Shown: positions 38,685 through 48,732 of the stretch, in pieces
Layout: every line of letters begins with the position of its first letter
How positions within the stretch are numbered: position 1 is the stretch's first letter
Position numbers and translations under genes: made by a program
The notes under the pieces: generated by a model
What the model was told of the DNA's origin: nothing
The model's input: the letters and a program-made list of their open reading frames with translations, nothing else
The model's database searches: none
DNA from: a candidate division FCPU426 bacterium
GTDB taxonomy: Bacteria > Oederibacteriota > Muellerivitia > Muellerivitales > Muellerivitaceae
Assembly: GCA_963771075.1 (NCBI GenBank)
Contig: CAVYSE010000011.1
Location: 96,001 to 160,000 of the forward strand
DNA length: 64,000 nt
Direction of reading: 5' to 3'

Positions 38685-38722
38685 GATATCAATAAGATAC
38701 CGTTATGATACCGCTTTGTCAA
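38685..38722 (-). promoter_or_regulatory. TA promoter/operator
   Basis: TTGACA-N17-TATCTT, with three GATAYC motifs at 11-bp period. Confidence 0.7.
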
Positions 38723-38728
38723 TTTTAG

Positions 38729-38759
38729 CTGCCCGCGACGGGGACTCTTTCGCGGACAG
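38729..38759 (+). repeat. Full-length copy of the boundary palindrome
   Basis: CTGCCCGCGACGGGGACTCTTTCGCGGACAG. Confidence 0.75.
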
Positions 38760-38813
38760 GTTGCCGGGCTTTATTTTTTCCCCGCGGCGGGAAAGACCTT
38801 CAGTTTAGTGCCG

Positions 38814-40147
38814 CTACCGCACCAAGAGGAGCCTAGCTCTTTTGACGCCCGCGGGTTCGGTCAAGATGAAGTAATAAAGACCACTGGCCACGTTATCCCC
38901 CTTCCAATTGGTTCCCTTCCACGAATAAGAGTTTTCGAAGGGCGCGTTGATTTGTCGGTCCTCCAGGGTTTGGATGTATTCCCCCACTGAGTTGTAGATT
39001 TTGAGCCCCCAAAACCCAGGAAATCGGTAGGTGGAAACGATGATCGAAATCGGCCCCTGGGAAGGCCGGAACAGGTTTTTCGAGATGAAAAGGTTCTTAT
39101 TGACCTGGGTCGCGGTCGGGGTGGCCGTATTCACCGCAGTGGAGGTGATCGTGCCGGTAACGGTTGGGGAGGGGGTCTGGGAAAGGGTGGGGGTCAAGGT
39201 GGTGGTGGAGGTTGACGTCACGGTGGAGGATTGGGTTGGGGAATTGGTAAGCGTGTAAGTGGGAGTGGGGGTGGTTGTTTCAGTGTTGGTGCAGGTGACG
39301 GTCGGTGTAGGGGTGGGTGGAACACAGGCGGTAAAAATCCCAGGCGCGCCGGGGCTGCCCGCCGATTCTGTTCCGCTTACCGCGGCCCCGCCATTGCCCC
39401 CGGCGACCGAGTAGGTCCCAGATCCGTAACAGGGGAGAGAGAAGGGCAAAGCCAAATAATGCCACCACCTCCGCCCCCACCCACATATGTACCGTCTCCC
39501 CCGATGGCGTTAAGGTTGCCGTTGAACAGAATGTTTTGGGCGGTGACAGCGATGGTGCCCCCGGCCCCGCCGCCAACTCCAACGAAGCCTACACCACCCA
39601 AAGAGGAAGATCCGCTCATGTCAATGGTGCCGTTGATACTAACGGTGCCGGAAAGGGCGCTCAAAAGGAACGCGGCGCCGCCAGTGAGAGGGAAGGGGGG
39701 TGGAAGTCCCCCGACGTTGACGCTGCCACCGGCGCTTCCCATTAAAACGGGGTCCGTAGGGTTGTCGTTGGCCGGGCCTCCCGAACCCCCGGATACCACG
39801 CCGTCGTTTCCACCCGCGCCGCCCGCGCCCCCATGACCACCACCCCCGCCTCCACCCGTGGAAAAACCACCAGCTCCAGGGCCAAAGAATAAGGTGAATA
39901 AGGATCCATATCCCAGTCCTATACCATAGACCGTCCCTTCTATATCCGCGTTGCCTGTCACGTCCAGGGTCACAGCCCCACCGATGACCAGGGTGGCACC
40001 CGCTGAGATAACAACCGAACAATAGGTCACGGCCGTATTGGAGAGGGTAACCGCCGAACCTGTTGCCGCGGTCAGACCACAAGCTTGGGCCCACAAGGAC
40101 GAAGGAGGGGGAAAAAGGACCAGGAGGATGTGAAATTTGTTTTTCAT
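38814..40147 (-). CDS. Secreted Gly-rich protein with a Pro/Thr linker and T9SS/FlgD-like C-terminal domain; apparent frameshift near 39425
   Basis: ORFs 39377-40207 and 38814-39455 join as VT|GSGTYSV. CTD contains KIYNSVGE...W.GTN..G..VASGLY. Confidence 0.75.
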
Positions 40148-40316
40148 ACCCGGTTTTTCTGCTGAGGGCATCGTAATACTCGGGATTTCAATTGTTGTGC
40201 CCGGCAAGGCCCCTATCGGAAACCATGGGTCAAATTATACCGCCTCTTATCCTTTCGTTTTTCCGGACCCATCCTGAAAATTTGCGAAAAGTGGGATCAG
40301 GCACCATTATCCATTT

Positions 40317-40340
40317 ACGAAGGGTCCCCGTCGTGGACAG
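40317..40340 (-). repeat. Copy of the boundary palindrome (opposite orientation)
   Basis: ACGAAGGGTCCCCGTCGTGGACAG. Confidence 0.75.
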
Positions 40341-40371
40341 GTAAAATGAAGGCCAAAACAATTCCAATAAT

Positions 40372-41145
40372 TTAAAGGTACCCAACCAGCAAGGTGACGG
40401 GATAAGTAAAGTAAATCAACCCATCCGCCAAGCGGGATTGGACCCCCAGTTGCTGGGTATGAAGGTCTTCCTCAAATATTTTGCGGATCTTATCCGCGCT
40501 TCCAGGGTCCGGGAAGGAAGTGGACAACTGGTTCTCCAAACCCCTCTCCAAACCGCAAAAATCAAGGCTGATGTTTTTTAGCCCCGCGTCACGGGCCAAC
40601 AACTTCAATTCAGGCATGGAGAGGGCCCGGACATGGGAAGGGTCCCTTAATTTCTCAAAAGCGTTGAATGCGTCCGCCTTGTCCTCGGCGGGAGTGATGT
40701 CGATCAAGCAAATCCATCCACTTTTCCTGGCCACCCGTTTCATTTCATCCAGCATTCGGGCCGGATAGGGATTGTGGTGCAGGGCGAAACGGCTCATGAC
40801 CCCATGAAATTGACGGTTTTCAAAGGGAAGACGGGTTACATCCCCCAAGACCCATTCGGCGTTGGTCACGCCCTTCTCAGCCTGAAAAGCCCGGGCCTTA
40901 TCCAGCATGGCGGGAACCAGGTCGATACCGGTGACTTTTTTTACCTGGGATGCCAGCCCAAGGGCCAAAAGGCCGGGGCCGCATGCCACGTCCAAGAGGG
41001 ATTCCTTGCCGTTAAGCGACACTCTTTGGAGTAGCAGGTCGATCGAGGCTTGGTTGAAAGGCTCTGAGGCCATTCGTTTCGCGAAGGAATCGGCTTGTTT
41101 GGTGAATTGATCCAGGATCAATTCGTTTTGGTTGTCTTGGATCAT
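40372..41145 (-). CDS. Class I SAM-dependent methyltransferase
   Basis: LLDVACGPG, GD...LPF, RFALHH and RDPSHVR. Confidence 0.9.
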   Translation of the reverse strand: MIQDNQNELILDQFTKQADSFAKRMASEPFNQASIDLLLQRVSLNGKESLLDVACGPGLLALGLASQVKKVTGIDLVPAMLDKARAFQAEKGVTNAEWVLGDVTRLPFENRQFHGVMSRFALHHNPYPARMLDEMKRVARKSGWICLIDITPAEDKADAFNAFEKLRDPSHVRALSMPELKLLARDAGLKNISLDFCGLERGLENQLSTSFPDPGSADKIRKIFEEDLHTQQLGVQSRLADGLIYFTYPVTLLVGYL

Positions 41146-41164
41146 AATTCCCGCCTGTCTAAAT

Positions 41165-41191
41165 AAAAAAGCCCCGTCGGTGGACGGGGCT
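41165..41191 (-). terminator. Intrinsic terminator of aconitase
   Basis: GCCCCGTC-GGTG-GACGGGGC with A6 on the plus strand. Confidence 0.75.
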
Positions 41192-41207
41192 GGATGAAAA
41201 ATAAGAT

Positions 41208-43214
41208 TTATTTTTTCTTGGTCTTAACGGCTTTCGGGGCCTTTGTTTCCTTCGAGGCCTTTGCCTCTTGCTCCGCGGCGCTTTTCTGCTTGGTGTGGTT
41301 GAGCAACCCTCCCGCGTTGATAATTTCCTTTTGGCGCTCCGACAGGCTGTGAATGACCTGGATGGACTTGCCGGTGGTGATGTTCTTCAAGGGGAAGGGG
41401 TGCTCACCCTTCATGACCTGCTTCAGGTCGGGGATAGCCAGTTGTTGACCCTGCTCCAGGCCGTCGTAATCTGCTGGCATCACGAAGGTCAGGGGCAGGA
41501 TGCCGAAATTGATCAGGTTGGCCCGGTGAATGCGGGCGAAGCTCTTGGAGATTACGGCCTTAACCCCCAGGTACATGGGCGCCAAGGCGGCATGCTCGCG
41601 CGAGGAACCCTGTCCGTAATTATCCCCCCCGATCACGAAGCCGCCATTGGCTTCCTTGGCGCGCTTGGAAAAGGTGGGGTCCACCCCCTCGAACACAAAC
41701 TCGGAGATCTTGGGGATATTGGAACGGAAGGGTAGCACCTTCGATCCCGCCGGCATGATGTGGTCGGTCGTGATGTTATCCCCGACCTTCAGCAGGAGTA
41801 CACCCTCCAGGCTTTCGCCCAAGGCTTCCTTGACGGGCAGGGGCTTGATATTGGGACCCCGGACCACCTCGACCTTCTTGGGTTCCTTGGCAGGAGGGAG
41901 GATACCCTCATCGTCCCAGGAGAACTTATCGGGAATCTCGATCTTGGGGGCTTTGCCCAGGGTATTGGGATCGGTGATCTTGCCGGTCAGGGCGCAAGCC
42001 ACGCAGGTTTCCGGGGAGGCCAGGTAAACCTTGGCGTCTTTGGTGCCCGAACGGCCCTCGAAATTGCGGTTGAAACTGCGGATCGAAACCGCGCCGGAGG
42101 CAGGGGCTTGGCCCATGCCGATGCAGGGCCCGCAGGCGGATTCCACAATTCGGGCGCCGGAGGCGATGATATCGGCCAAGGCCCCGTTCTTGGCGATCAT
42201 CTCGAAAACCTGCTTGGAGCCGGGGGTCACCGTCATGGAGACATTGGGGTGGATATGCTTGCCCTTTAGTATTTTGGCCACGGCCATCAGGTCCCGGTAG
42301 GAACTGTTGGTACAGCTCCCCACGCAAACCTGGGCGACTTCCACGTTCTTGAGCTTGGAAACCTCGATTACGTTATCCGGGCTGTGGGGCTGGGCGATCA
42401 GGGGTTCCAGTTTATTCAGGTCGATGATCATTTCCTCGTCGTAGGTGGCGCCGGCGTCGGCCGCCAGGGGGGTCCAATCCTTACCCCGGCCCTGGGCCTT
42501 CATATATACGCGGGTGTTCTCGTCGGAGGGGAAAATCGAGGTGGTGGCGCCCAATTCCGCCCCCATATTGGTGATGGTTCCCCTTTCGGTGGCCGAAAGG
42601 CTTTTCACGCCGGGACCGGTATATTCCAATATCTTGCCCACTCCGCCCTTGACGGTCAGGCGGCGTAAAACCTCCAAAATGATGTCCTTGGCGGTGGTCC
42701 AGGGCTTTAATTTACCCTTTAACTCCACCCGAAGGACCTTGGGCATGGTCATATAGAAGGGTCCTCCGCCCATGGCGACCGCCACATCCAGGCCCCCCGC
42801 GCCAATGGCCAGCATGCCCAACCCGCCGCAAGTGGGGGTATGGGAATCGGAGCCCAAAAGGGTATCTCCGGGCACGGCAAACCTTTCCAGGTGCACCTGG
42901 TGGCAAATGCCGTTGCCGGGGCGGGAGAAATAAATGCCGTGCTTGGAAGCAACGGATTGCAGGTAACGGTGGTCGTCCGCGTTCTCAAAACCGGTTTGGA
43001 GCATGTTATGGTCGACGTAAGAGACGGAAAGTTTGGTTTGGACCTTGGGGATGCCCATGGCCTCGAATTGGAGGTAAGCCATGGTCCCGGTAGCGTCCTG
43101 GGTGAGGGTTTGGTCGATCCGGATGCCGATTTCCTCACCCGCGGCGGGTTTTCCCGTGACTAAATGCTGGTGGATGATCTTTTGGACAAGATTTAAACGT
43201 TCCTTGGACGACAT
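41208..43214 (-). CDS. Aconitate hydratase (short ~670-aa type)
   Basis: QDATG, GICHQ, GSDSHT, GSCTN, CGPCIG, TTDHI and GSSREHA. ATG at 43214 after GGAGG. Confidence 0.95.
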   Translation of the reverse strand: MSSKERLNLVQKIIHQHLVTGKPAAGEEIGIRIDQTLTQDATGTMAYLQFEAMGIPKVQTKLSVSYVDHNMLQTGFENADDHRYLQSVASKHGIYFSRPGNGICHQVHLERFAVPGDTLLGSDSHTPTCGGLGMLAIGAGGLDVAVAMGGGPFYMTMPKVLRVELKGKLKPWTTAKDIILEVLRRLTVKGGVGKILEYTGPGVKSLSATERGTITNMGAELGATTSIFPSDENTRVYMKAQGRGKDWTPLAADAGATYDEEMIIDLNKLEPLIAQPHSPDNVIEVSKLKNVEVAQVCVGSCTNSSYRDLMAVAKILKGKHIHPNVSMTVTPGSKQVFEMIAKNGALADIIASGARIVESACGPCIGMGQAPASGAVSIRSFNRNFEGRSGTKDAKVYLASPETCVACALTGKITDPNTLGKAPKIEIPDKFSWDDEGILPPAKEPKKVEVVRGPNIKPLPVKEALGESLEGVLLLKVGDNITTDHIMPAGSKVLPFRSNIPKISEFVFEGVDPTFSKRAKEANGGFVIGGDNYGQGSSREHAALAPMYLGVKAVISKSFARIHRANLINFGILPLTFVMPADYDGLEQGQQLAIPDLKQVMKGEHPFPLKNITTGKSIQVIHSLSERQKEIINAGGLLNHTKQKSAAEQEAKASKETKAPKAVKTKKK

Positions 43215-43475
43215 GCGGTTCCTCCATGGATTAAAAATGGATTGGTTGGAATCTCCCCTGAGGACTACGTAAAATGAATAAAGGACAAGAGGTAGGGGCT
43301 CATTATGAAACGGCCCGAACCCCCAATTCAACTCTTTATCGCACCCTGAAAGCTCCGAATTCAATGAATTTGCGGTGTTTAGGGCCAGCCAGCCCGGGGT
43401 TTCCGATTTACTTCCAACTGTCAGCTTTATTTTTACGGAATCAAACCCTAAGTTAGTTCTTGAGGAAAAGAACCG

Positions 43476-43688
43476 ATGAACCAAACCGTCCTTTGGATCG
43501 AGGGAATGACCTGCGGGCATTGCGTGAGTACCGTCCAAAGGGTCTTGTCCTCCCAACCGAACGTTCAACAAGTCCAGGTCAGTCTTTCCGATAAAAAAGC
43601 AATACTTCACCATTCCGAACCTTTTGATTCAACCCAAGCGATCCAAGCAGTTCAGTTGGAAGGCTTCAAGGCGGGCCTTATCCCGTGA
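43476..43688 (+). CDS. copZ: Heavy-metal (copper) chaperone
   Basis: HMA motif GMTCGHC, upstream of a P1B ATPase. Confidence 0.88.
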   Translation: MNQTVLWIEGMTCGHCVSTVQRVLSSQPNVQQVQVSLSDKKAILHHSEPFDSTQAIQAVQLEGFKAGLIP

Positions 43689-45931
43689 ATCCCCGCCCTT
43701 CCCCCACCCTTGAGCAGGAGATCCCCAATCCATTTGAAAAGGGTGTCCTATTAAAGGGGGGAGAAACGCCCCCCCTTCTTATTTTTTCAGTGGAAGGCAT
43801 GACCTGCGCATCCTGCGCGACGAGGGTGGAGGGAAAATTAAAGGCCGTTTCCGGCGTGACGGAAGCCACGGTCAATTTCGCCAGCCAAAAAGCATATGTC
43901 CGGATGAAAGGCGGCACGGAGGGGACCGGACCCCTGATCCAGGCGGTGGAGAAGGCCGGTTATGGATTAAAACCCTTCCGGGCCGAGAAAAAATCCCACG
44001 ACCACTACCGCGTCGAGCGGATGCGCCTGGGTTGGCGGGTTTTCTCGGGCGGGCTCCTGGTTTCCCTTTTCCTCTTGGAACATTTGTTCATGTGGTTTCT
44101 CCCCATCGCCCTGACCGCGAGGGAACAGCTGCTTTTGGCACTGCCCCTTTGGCTGGTCGTGGGCGGGCCTTTCCACCAAAAGGCCCTCTTGGACCTGCGC
44201 CATGGGGAGGCCACCATGGATACCTTGGTATCCCTGGGGTCCACTGTGGCCTTCCTCGCTTCTCTTCCGGCGGTGTTCACCTCCAAGGGGCCCGTCTATT
44301 TCGAGGCCGCGGGCTTCATCGTCTTTTTCGTGGCCCTGGGCCGCTACCTGGAAATCCTTTCCCGGGAAAAGGTGAATCGGGCCCTGGAGTTCCTGCTTGA
44401 CCTTCAGCCCCCGATCGCGCACGTGGTGCGCGCCACCCACCAGGAAGACCTGCCGGTCGAGCGGGTCATGCCGGGGGATACGGTTTGCGTGAGGCCCGGC
44501 GAGACCATTCCGGTGGACGCCGAGATCGAGGAAGGAAGGGGCCAGGTGGATGAGGCCCTCCTGACGGGGGAGTCCGAACCCGTGATCAAAATGCGGGGGG
44601 ACCGTGTATTCGCGGGCACGCTGAATGGGACCCAGACACTGATCCTCAGGGCCCGGTTCGTGGGCGAAACGACCGCCCTGGCGAGGATCGTTCGACTGGT
44701 GGAAGAGGCCCAGGAATCCAAGGCGCCGGCCCAGAAGCTTGCGGACAAGGTGGCGGGGGTATTCGTTCCTTCCGTTGTCGTTTTGGCCCTCTTGACCCTT
44801 TTGGGTTGGATGCTCGTGCCGGCCGGAAGCTTCACCCTGGGCTTGTACCATGCCATCGCGGTGCTGGTGATCGCCTGTCCCTGCGCCTTAGGCCTGGCGA
44901 CCCCCGTCGCCCTGATGGTGGGAATTGGGGTCGCGGCGAAAAGAGGGATCTTAATCCGGCGCGCGGAGGTTTTGGAAAAATCCCGGGAAATCAATGCCAT
45001 CGTATTCGACAAGACTGGAACCTTGACCGAAGGTAAACCCCGCCTGGTGGACCTGGTTCCCCTGGAGGGTTGGAGCGAGGAAAAGTTATTGCGCTATGCG
45101 GGCGCCCTGGAAAAGTACACCAACCATCCACTTGCCTTTTCCATTCTGAAGGAAGTCATGGTCCTGGACCTGCTCCTTCCCAATGCTGAAAATGTCCAGG
45201 AAATACCGGGTGCCGGCATCCATGGGTTGGTGGAAGGCCACGAGGTCGCCATTGGGACGAAAGCCTTTGTGGAGTCTTTGGAGGGGGTGGTGGCTTCCCC
45301 CCAGGCGAGGGCCAACTCCGAAGCCTACCGGCAGGGAGGGCAAACCGTGTCCCTGCTCGCGGTGGACCGGAAGATCGCGGGCCTTTTTATCATGGAAGAT
45401 CCCCTGAGGGCGAATTCCGCCGAGGTCGTGTGGAAGTTGAAGGCCCTTGGTCTGGACATCCACCTCTTGACCGGGGATGGGGAAGTAGCCGCCCGCCGCC
45501 TGGGGGAACGGCTTGGGATCGTCCACGTGCAGGCCCATATGGGGCCCGGTGGAAAAATGGACTTCGTGAGGGAACTCCAGTCGCTGGGACTGAAAGTCGC
45601 CATGGTCGGGGATGGTTTCAACGACGCGGCGGCCTTGACCGCCTCCGATCTGGGGATCGCCATGGGAACGGGCACGGATGTGGCGAAAGAGTCCGGTGAC
45701 ATGGTTCTGGTGAAAAGCGACCTGCGGAAGGTGGTGGAAGCGATCCAAATTTCCAGGGCCACCTTCCGGGTGATCCGACAAAACCTAATCTGGGCCTTTG
45801 GCTATAACCTGCTGGCCCTTCCCTTGGCGGTATTCGGTTCCGTCCCCCCCTCCTGGGCGGCGCTGGCCATGTCCTTCTCCTCCCTTTCGGTGGTGCTGAA
45901 CGCCATGAGGCTTTACCGGAAGAAGTTCTAA
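43685..45931 (+). CDS. copA: Cu(+)-type P1B ATPase
   Basis: GMTCASC, TGES, CPC, DKTGT, HP, GDGFND, YN and MxxSS. Confidence 0.93.
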   Translation: MNPRPSPTLEQEIPNPFEKGVLLKGGETPPLLIFSVEGMTCASCATRVEGKLKAVSGVTEATVNFASQKAYVRMKGGTEGTGPLIQAVEKAGYGLKPFRAEKKSHDHYRVERMRLGWRVFSGGLLVSLFLLEHLFMWFLPIALTAREQLLLALPLWLVVGGPFHQKALLDLRHGEATMDTLVSLGSTVAFLASLPAVFTSKGPVYFEAAGFIVFFVALGRYLEILSREKVNRALEFLLDLQPPIAHVVRATHQEDLPVERVMPGDTVCVRPGETIPVDAEIEEGRGQVDEALLTGESEPVIKMRGDRVFAGTLNGTQTLILRARFVGETTALARIVRLVEEAQESKAPAQKLADKVAGVFVPSVVVLALLTLLGWMLVPAGSFTLGLYHAIAVLVIACPCALGLATPVALMVGIGVAAKRGILIRRAEVLEKSREINAIVFDKTGTLTEGKPRLVDLVPLEGWSEEKLLRYAGALEKYTNHPLAFSILKEVMVLDLLLPNAENVQEIPGAGIHGLVEGHEVAIGTKAFVESLEGVVASPQARANSEAYRQGGQTVSLLAVDRKIAGLFIMEDPLRANSAEVVWKLKALGLDIHLLTGDGEVAARRLGERLGIVHVQAHMGPGGKMDFVRELQSLGLKVAMVGDGFNDAAALTASDLGIAMGTGTDVAKESGDMVLVKSDLRKVVEAIQISRATFRVIRQNLIWAFGYNLLALPLAVFGSVPPSWAALAMSFSSLSVVLNAMRLYRKKF

Positions 45932-45937
45932 TCAATA

Positions 45938-45998
45938 AGCTTTTAGCCGTTAGCGGGTTGCTCTTGGCTAAAAGCTAAAATCCAAAAGTCGAAAACTG
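45938..45998. repeat. Heptamer-unit inverted repeat
   Basis: AGCTTTT AGCCGTT AGC ... GCTAAAA GCTAAAA TCCAAAA GTCGAAA. Confidence 0.55.
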
Positions 45999-46036
45999 GA
46001 CACGAACCGAGATGATTCCACCCCTTTTTCGCATTC

Positions 46037-46065
46037 TTGACGACCCCAGGCATCTTGCCTATCCT
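46037..46065 (+). promoter_or_regulatory. Sigma70-like promoter of the livK-like gene
   Basis: TTGACG-N17-TATCCT. Confidence 0.5.
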
Positions 46066-46097
46066 ACAGCGCAATTCATGTCCGGAAGGAGTTGTCC

Positions 46098-47225
46098 ATG
46101 CGCCGTCTATCCCTTCTTTTGTTGCTGCCTCTTCTTTTGACCCTTTCCTGCGGTCCCAAGTTGAACCCCAACGAGATCCGCATCGGCGAATTCGCCTCCC
46201 TGACCGGATCCCAGGCCACCTTCGGCCAATCCAACCATGAGGGACTGTTGCTGGCTGTTTCCGAGATCAACGCCGCCGGCGGGATCAACGGCAAGAAGCT
46301 GGTGGTGACCACCGTGGATGACCAGGGAAAACCCGAGGAAGCGGCGGTGGCAGTCACCAAACTCGTGAACCAGGATTCTTCCCAGGTCATTGTCGGTGAA
46401 GTGGCCAGCTCCCTTTCCCTGGCGGCGGCGCCCATCTGCCAGAACAATAAGATCCCCATGATCTCCCCCTCCTCCACCAATCCCAAGGTGACCCAGGTCG
46501 GTGACTATATTTTCCGGGTTTGCTTCATCGACCCCTTCCAGGGCCAGGTAATGGCCGATTTCGCCTTCGACAAGCTCAAGGCCAAAACGGCCGCGGTATT
46601 CCGCGACCAAAAGAGCGATTACAGCATGGGATTGGCGGATTTCTTTATCGCCCGCTTCAAGGCCAAGGGCGGAACCATCGTGACGGACCAGAGCTACGTG
46701 CAGGGTGACATCGATTTTAAATCCCAGCTCACCGGAATCCGTTCCGCCCAACCGGACGTGATCTTCGTCCCCGGCTATTACACCGAGGTGGGCCTGATCG
46801 CCCGGCAGGCCCGGGAATTGGGACTCAAACAACCGCTTTTGGGGGGCGACGGGTGGGACTCCCCCAAGCTTTTCGAGATCGGCGGGGCCGCGCTGGACGG
46901 CTGCTACCACTCGGACCATTTCACGGCCCAATCGAACGACCCCATGGTGCAGGCCTACGTCAACAAATACAAAACCGCTTATGGTCACGTGCCGGACGCC
47001 CTGGCCACCCTGGCCTATGACGCGGCGGGGGTTTTGGCCCAGGCTTTGAAGAATACCAAGAGCCTGAAGGGCGAAGACATCCGCGACGCCATTGTTTCCG
47101 TGAAAAACTACCAAGGCGTGACCGGGTCCATCAGCCTCGGCGCCGACCGCAACGCGGTCAAACCCGCCGTGGTTTTGGAGATCGCGGGCGGCAAGGAAGT
47201 TTACGTGGCGACGGTGAATCCCTAA
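46098..47225 (+). CDS. livK: Branched-chain amino acid ABC transporter substrate-binding lipoprotein
   Basis: Lipobox LSC, INAAGGING, FRVCFIDPFQG and GGDGW. Confidence 0.9.
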   Translation: MRRLSLLLLLPLLLTLSCGPKLNPNEIRIGEFASLTGSQATFGQSNHEGLLLAVSEINAAGGINGKKLVVTTVDDQGKPEEAAVAVTKLVNQDSSQVIVGEVASSLSLAAAPICQNNKIPMISPSSTNPKVTQVGDYIFRVCFIDPFQGQVMADFAFDKLKAKTAAVFRDQKSDYSMGLADFFIARFKAKGGTIVTDQSYVQGDIDFKSQLTGIRSAQPDVIFVPGYYTEVGLIARQARELGLKQPLLGGDGWDSPKLFEIGGAALDGCYHSDHFTAQSNDPMVQAYVNKYKTAYGHVPDALATLAYDAAGVLAQALKNTKSLKGEDIRDAIVSVKNYQGVTGSISLGADRNAVKPAVVLEIAGGKEVYVATVNP

Positions 47226-47446
47226 ACCTGTCATGGATCATCTTCGGGAATAAAGAACTGACAAAAACCGGGCCATTTTTATTTTTGGGCCGAATCGGAG
47301 GACCGGGCGCGGGAATATCGGAAAGAGATTGTGCAGTTTAGAATAATTTACATAGTATTCAACTCAACCGATTGCTTGTTTCCCCATTCCAAGGTTAACT
47401 TAATCTTCCCCCTCCACTTTTCAACTTTTGGGGAAGGAGTTTTCTC

Positions 47447-48721
47447 ATGGGATCAACCCTCGCCAGCAAGGCCGAACCCGCGAATTTCGATTTAAAGGAA
47501 ATCTTGGCGGGTGAAAGGGTGGAAGCCCACTTCCAGCCCTTGGTTTCCCTGAAGCGCCAGTGCGTGGTGGGCCTGGAGGGCCTTTCCCGGGGGATCTTGC
47601 CCGGGAGCCGGGCCCTGATCCCCCCCTACGAGCTTTTCCGCCAGGCCGCCCTCCAGAATTTGGAAATCGAGCTCGACCTGCTTTGCCGCAAAAAAATCCT
47701 GGATTCCTTCCGGAACTTGCACGCCCAGCACCCCGATTACATACTTTCCCTTAACCTGGACGAGTCCGTCCTGGAAATGGGGTTGATCGGATCGGGCCAG
47801 CTGAGGCAGGAAGTTTCCGAAATGGGGTTGAAGCCCTCCAACGTCGCCATCGAGATCGTGGAATACCGGGTGGAGGATCTCAAGGAGCTCCAGCATTTCG
47901 TCGAAAAACTCAGGGATTTTGGCTTCCTGATCGCCCTGGACGACGTGGGAGCGGGGCATTCCAACCTCAACCGCATCCCCCTCATCAAGCCCGATATCCT
48001 GAAGATCGACCGTTACCTGGTGGAAAACCTCCAGGACGATTTTTATAAAAAGGAGATCATCAAATCCATGGTTCGCATGGGACGCCGCCTTGGGACGGTC
48101 ATCATCGCCGAGGGGGTGGAAACCGCCGAGGAAGCCCAAGTGCTCATGGAAATGGACGTGGATATGATCCAGGGCTTTTATTTTTCCAGGCCCCAAAGGC
48201 CCGCCGACCTGAACGAGTCAGGGACCCTGGATAAAGTGAAGGAGGTCGTGCGGGACCATAAAACGCGGTCCCTGGAGCATATGGGGGTCAAACGGCGCAA
48301 CATGAGCCGGTTCCACTCGATCCTCCTGGAAATCCAGGTGGAGCTTTCCGGCCTGGGGGAGGATCGGTTCGGCCCCAAGCTCCAGGAAATGGCGCACCGT
48401 TTTCCCCAGGTGGAGTGTTTTTATGTCCTGGATCACGCGGGCTTCCAGCTCACCGAAAGCGTCCTCAACATGATTCCGGGGGAAAAACGCAATCCCCGGT
48501 TATTCCATCCCTCCCCCCGGGGAACGGATCATACCGCCCGGGATTACTGCTATTACCTGACGGAGGCGGGAACGAACAAGACCAGCTTCCTCACGGAGCC
48601 CTACCTTTCCATGACCTCGGGCAACAGCTGCGTCACCCTTTCCTCCCTTTTCAAGACGGGGGAGGGGACGCCCTTCATCCTTTGCTTGGATATCGATACC
48701 CAGGCGCTTCGGCAGTCCTGA
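47447..48721 (+). CDS. EAL c-di-GMP phosphodiesterase with a C-terminal Cache/YkuI-like domain
   Basis: FQP, EGLSR, DDVGAG, KID, EGVE and QG; C-terminal TEPYLS. Confidence 0.9.
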   Translation: MGSTLASKAEPANFDLKEILAGERVEAHFQPLVSLKRQCVVGLEGLSRGILPGSRALIPPYELFRQAALQNLEIELDLLCRKKILDSFRNLHAQHPDYILSLNLDESVLEMGLIGSGQLRQEVSEMGLKPSNVAIEIVEYRVEDLKELQHFVEKLRDFGFLIALDDVGAGHSNLNRIPLIKPDILKIDRYLVENLQDDFYKKEIIKSMVRMGRRLGTVIIAEGVETAEEAQVLMEMDVDMIQGFYFSRPQRPADLNESGTLDKVKEVVRDHKTRSLEHMGVKRRNMSRFHSILLEIQVELSGLGEDRFGPKLQEMAHRFPQVECFYVLDHAGFQLTESVLNMIPGEKRNPRLFHPSPRGTDHTARDYCYYLTEAGTNKTSFLTEPYLSMTSGNSCVTLSSLFKTGEGTPFILCLDIDTQALRQS

Positions 48722-48732
48722 AAATTCGGTGG

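Noticed and set aside
41165..41191. Extra copies of the boundary palindrome (CCCCGTCGGTGGAC here; GGTCCCCGTC at ~17061)
   Set aside because: Both are fully explained as intrinsic terminator stems with U-tracts, so the similarity may be chance.
43215..43613. 133-aa N-terminal extension of aconitase in the ORF track
   Set aside because: It overlaps copZ on the opposite strand, and a GGAGG RBS supports the ATG at 43214.
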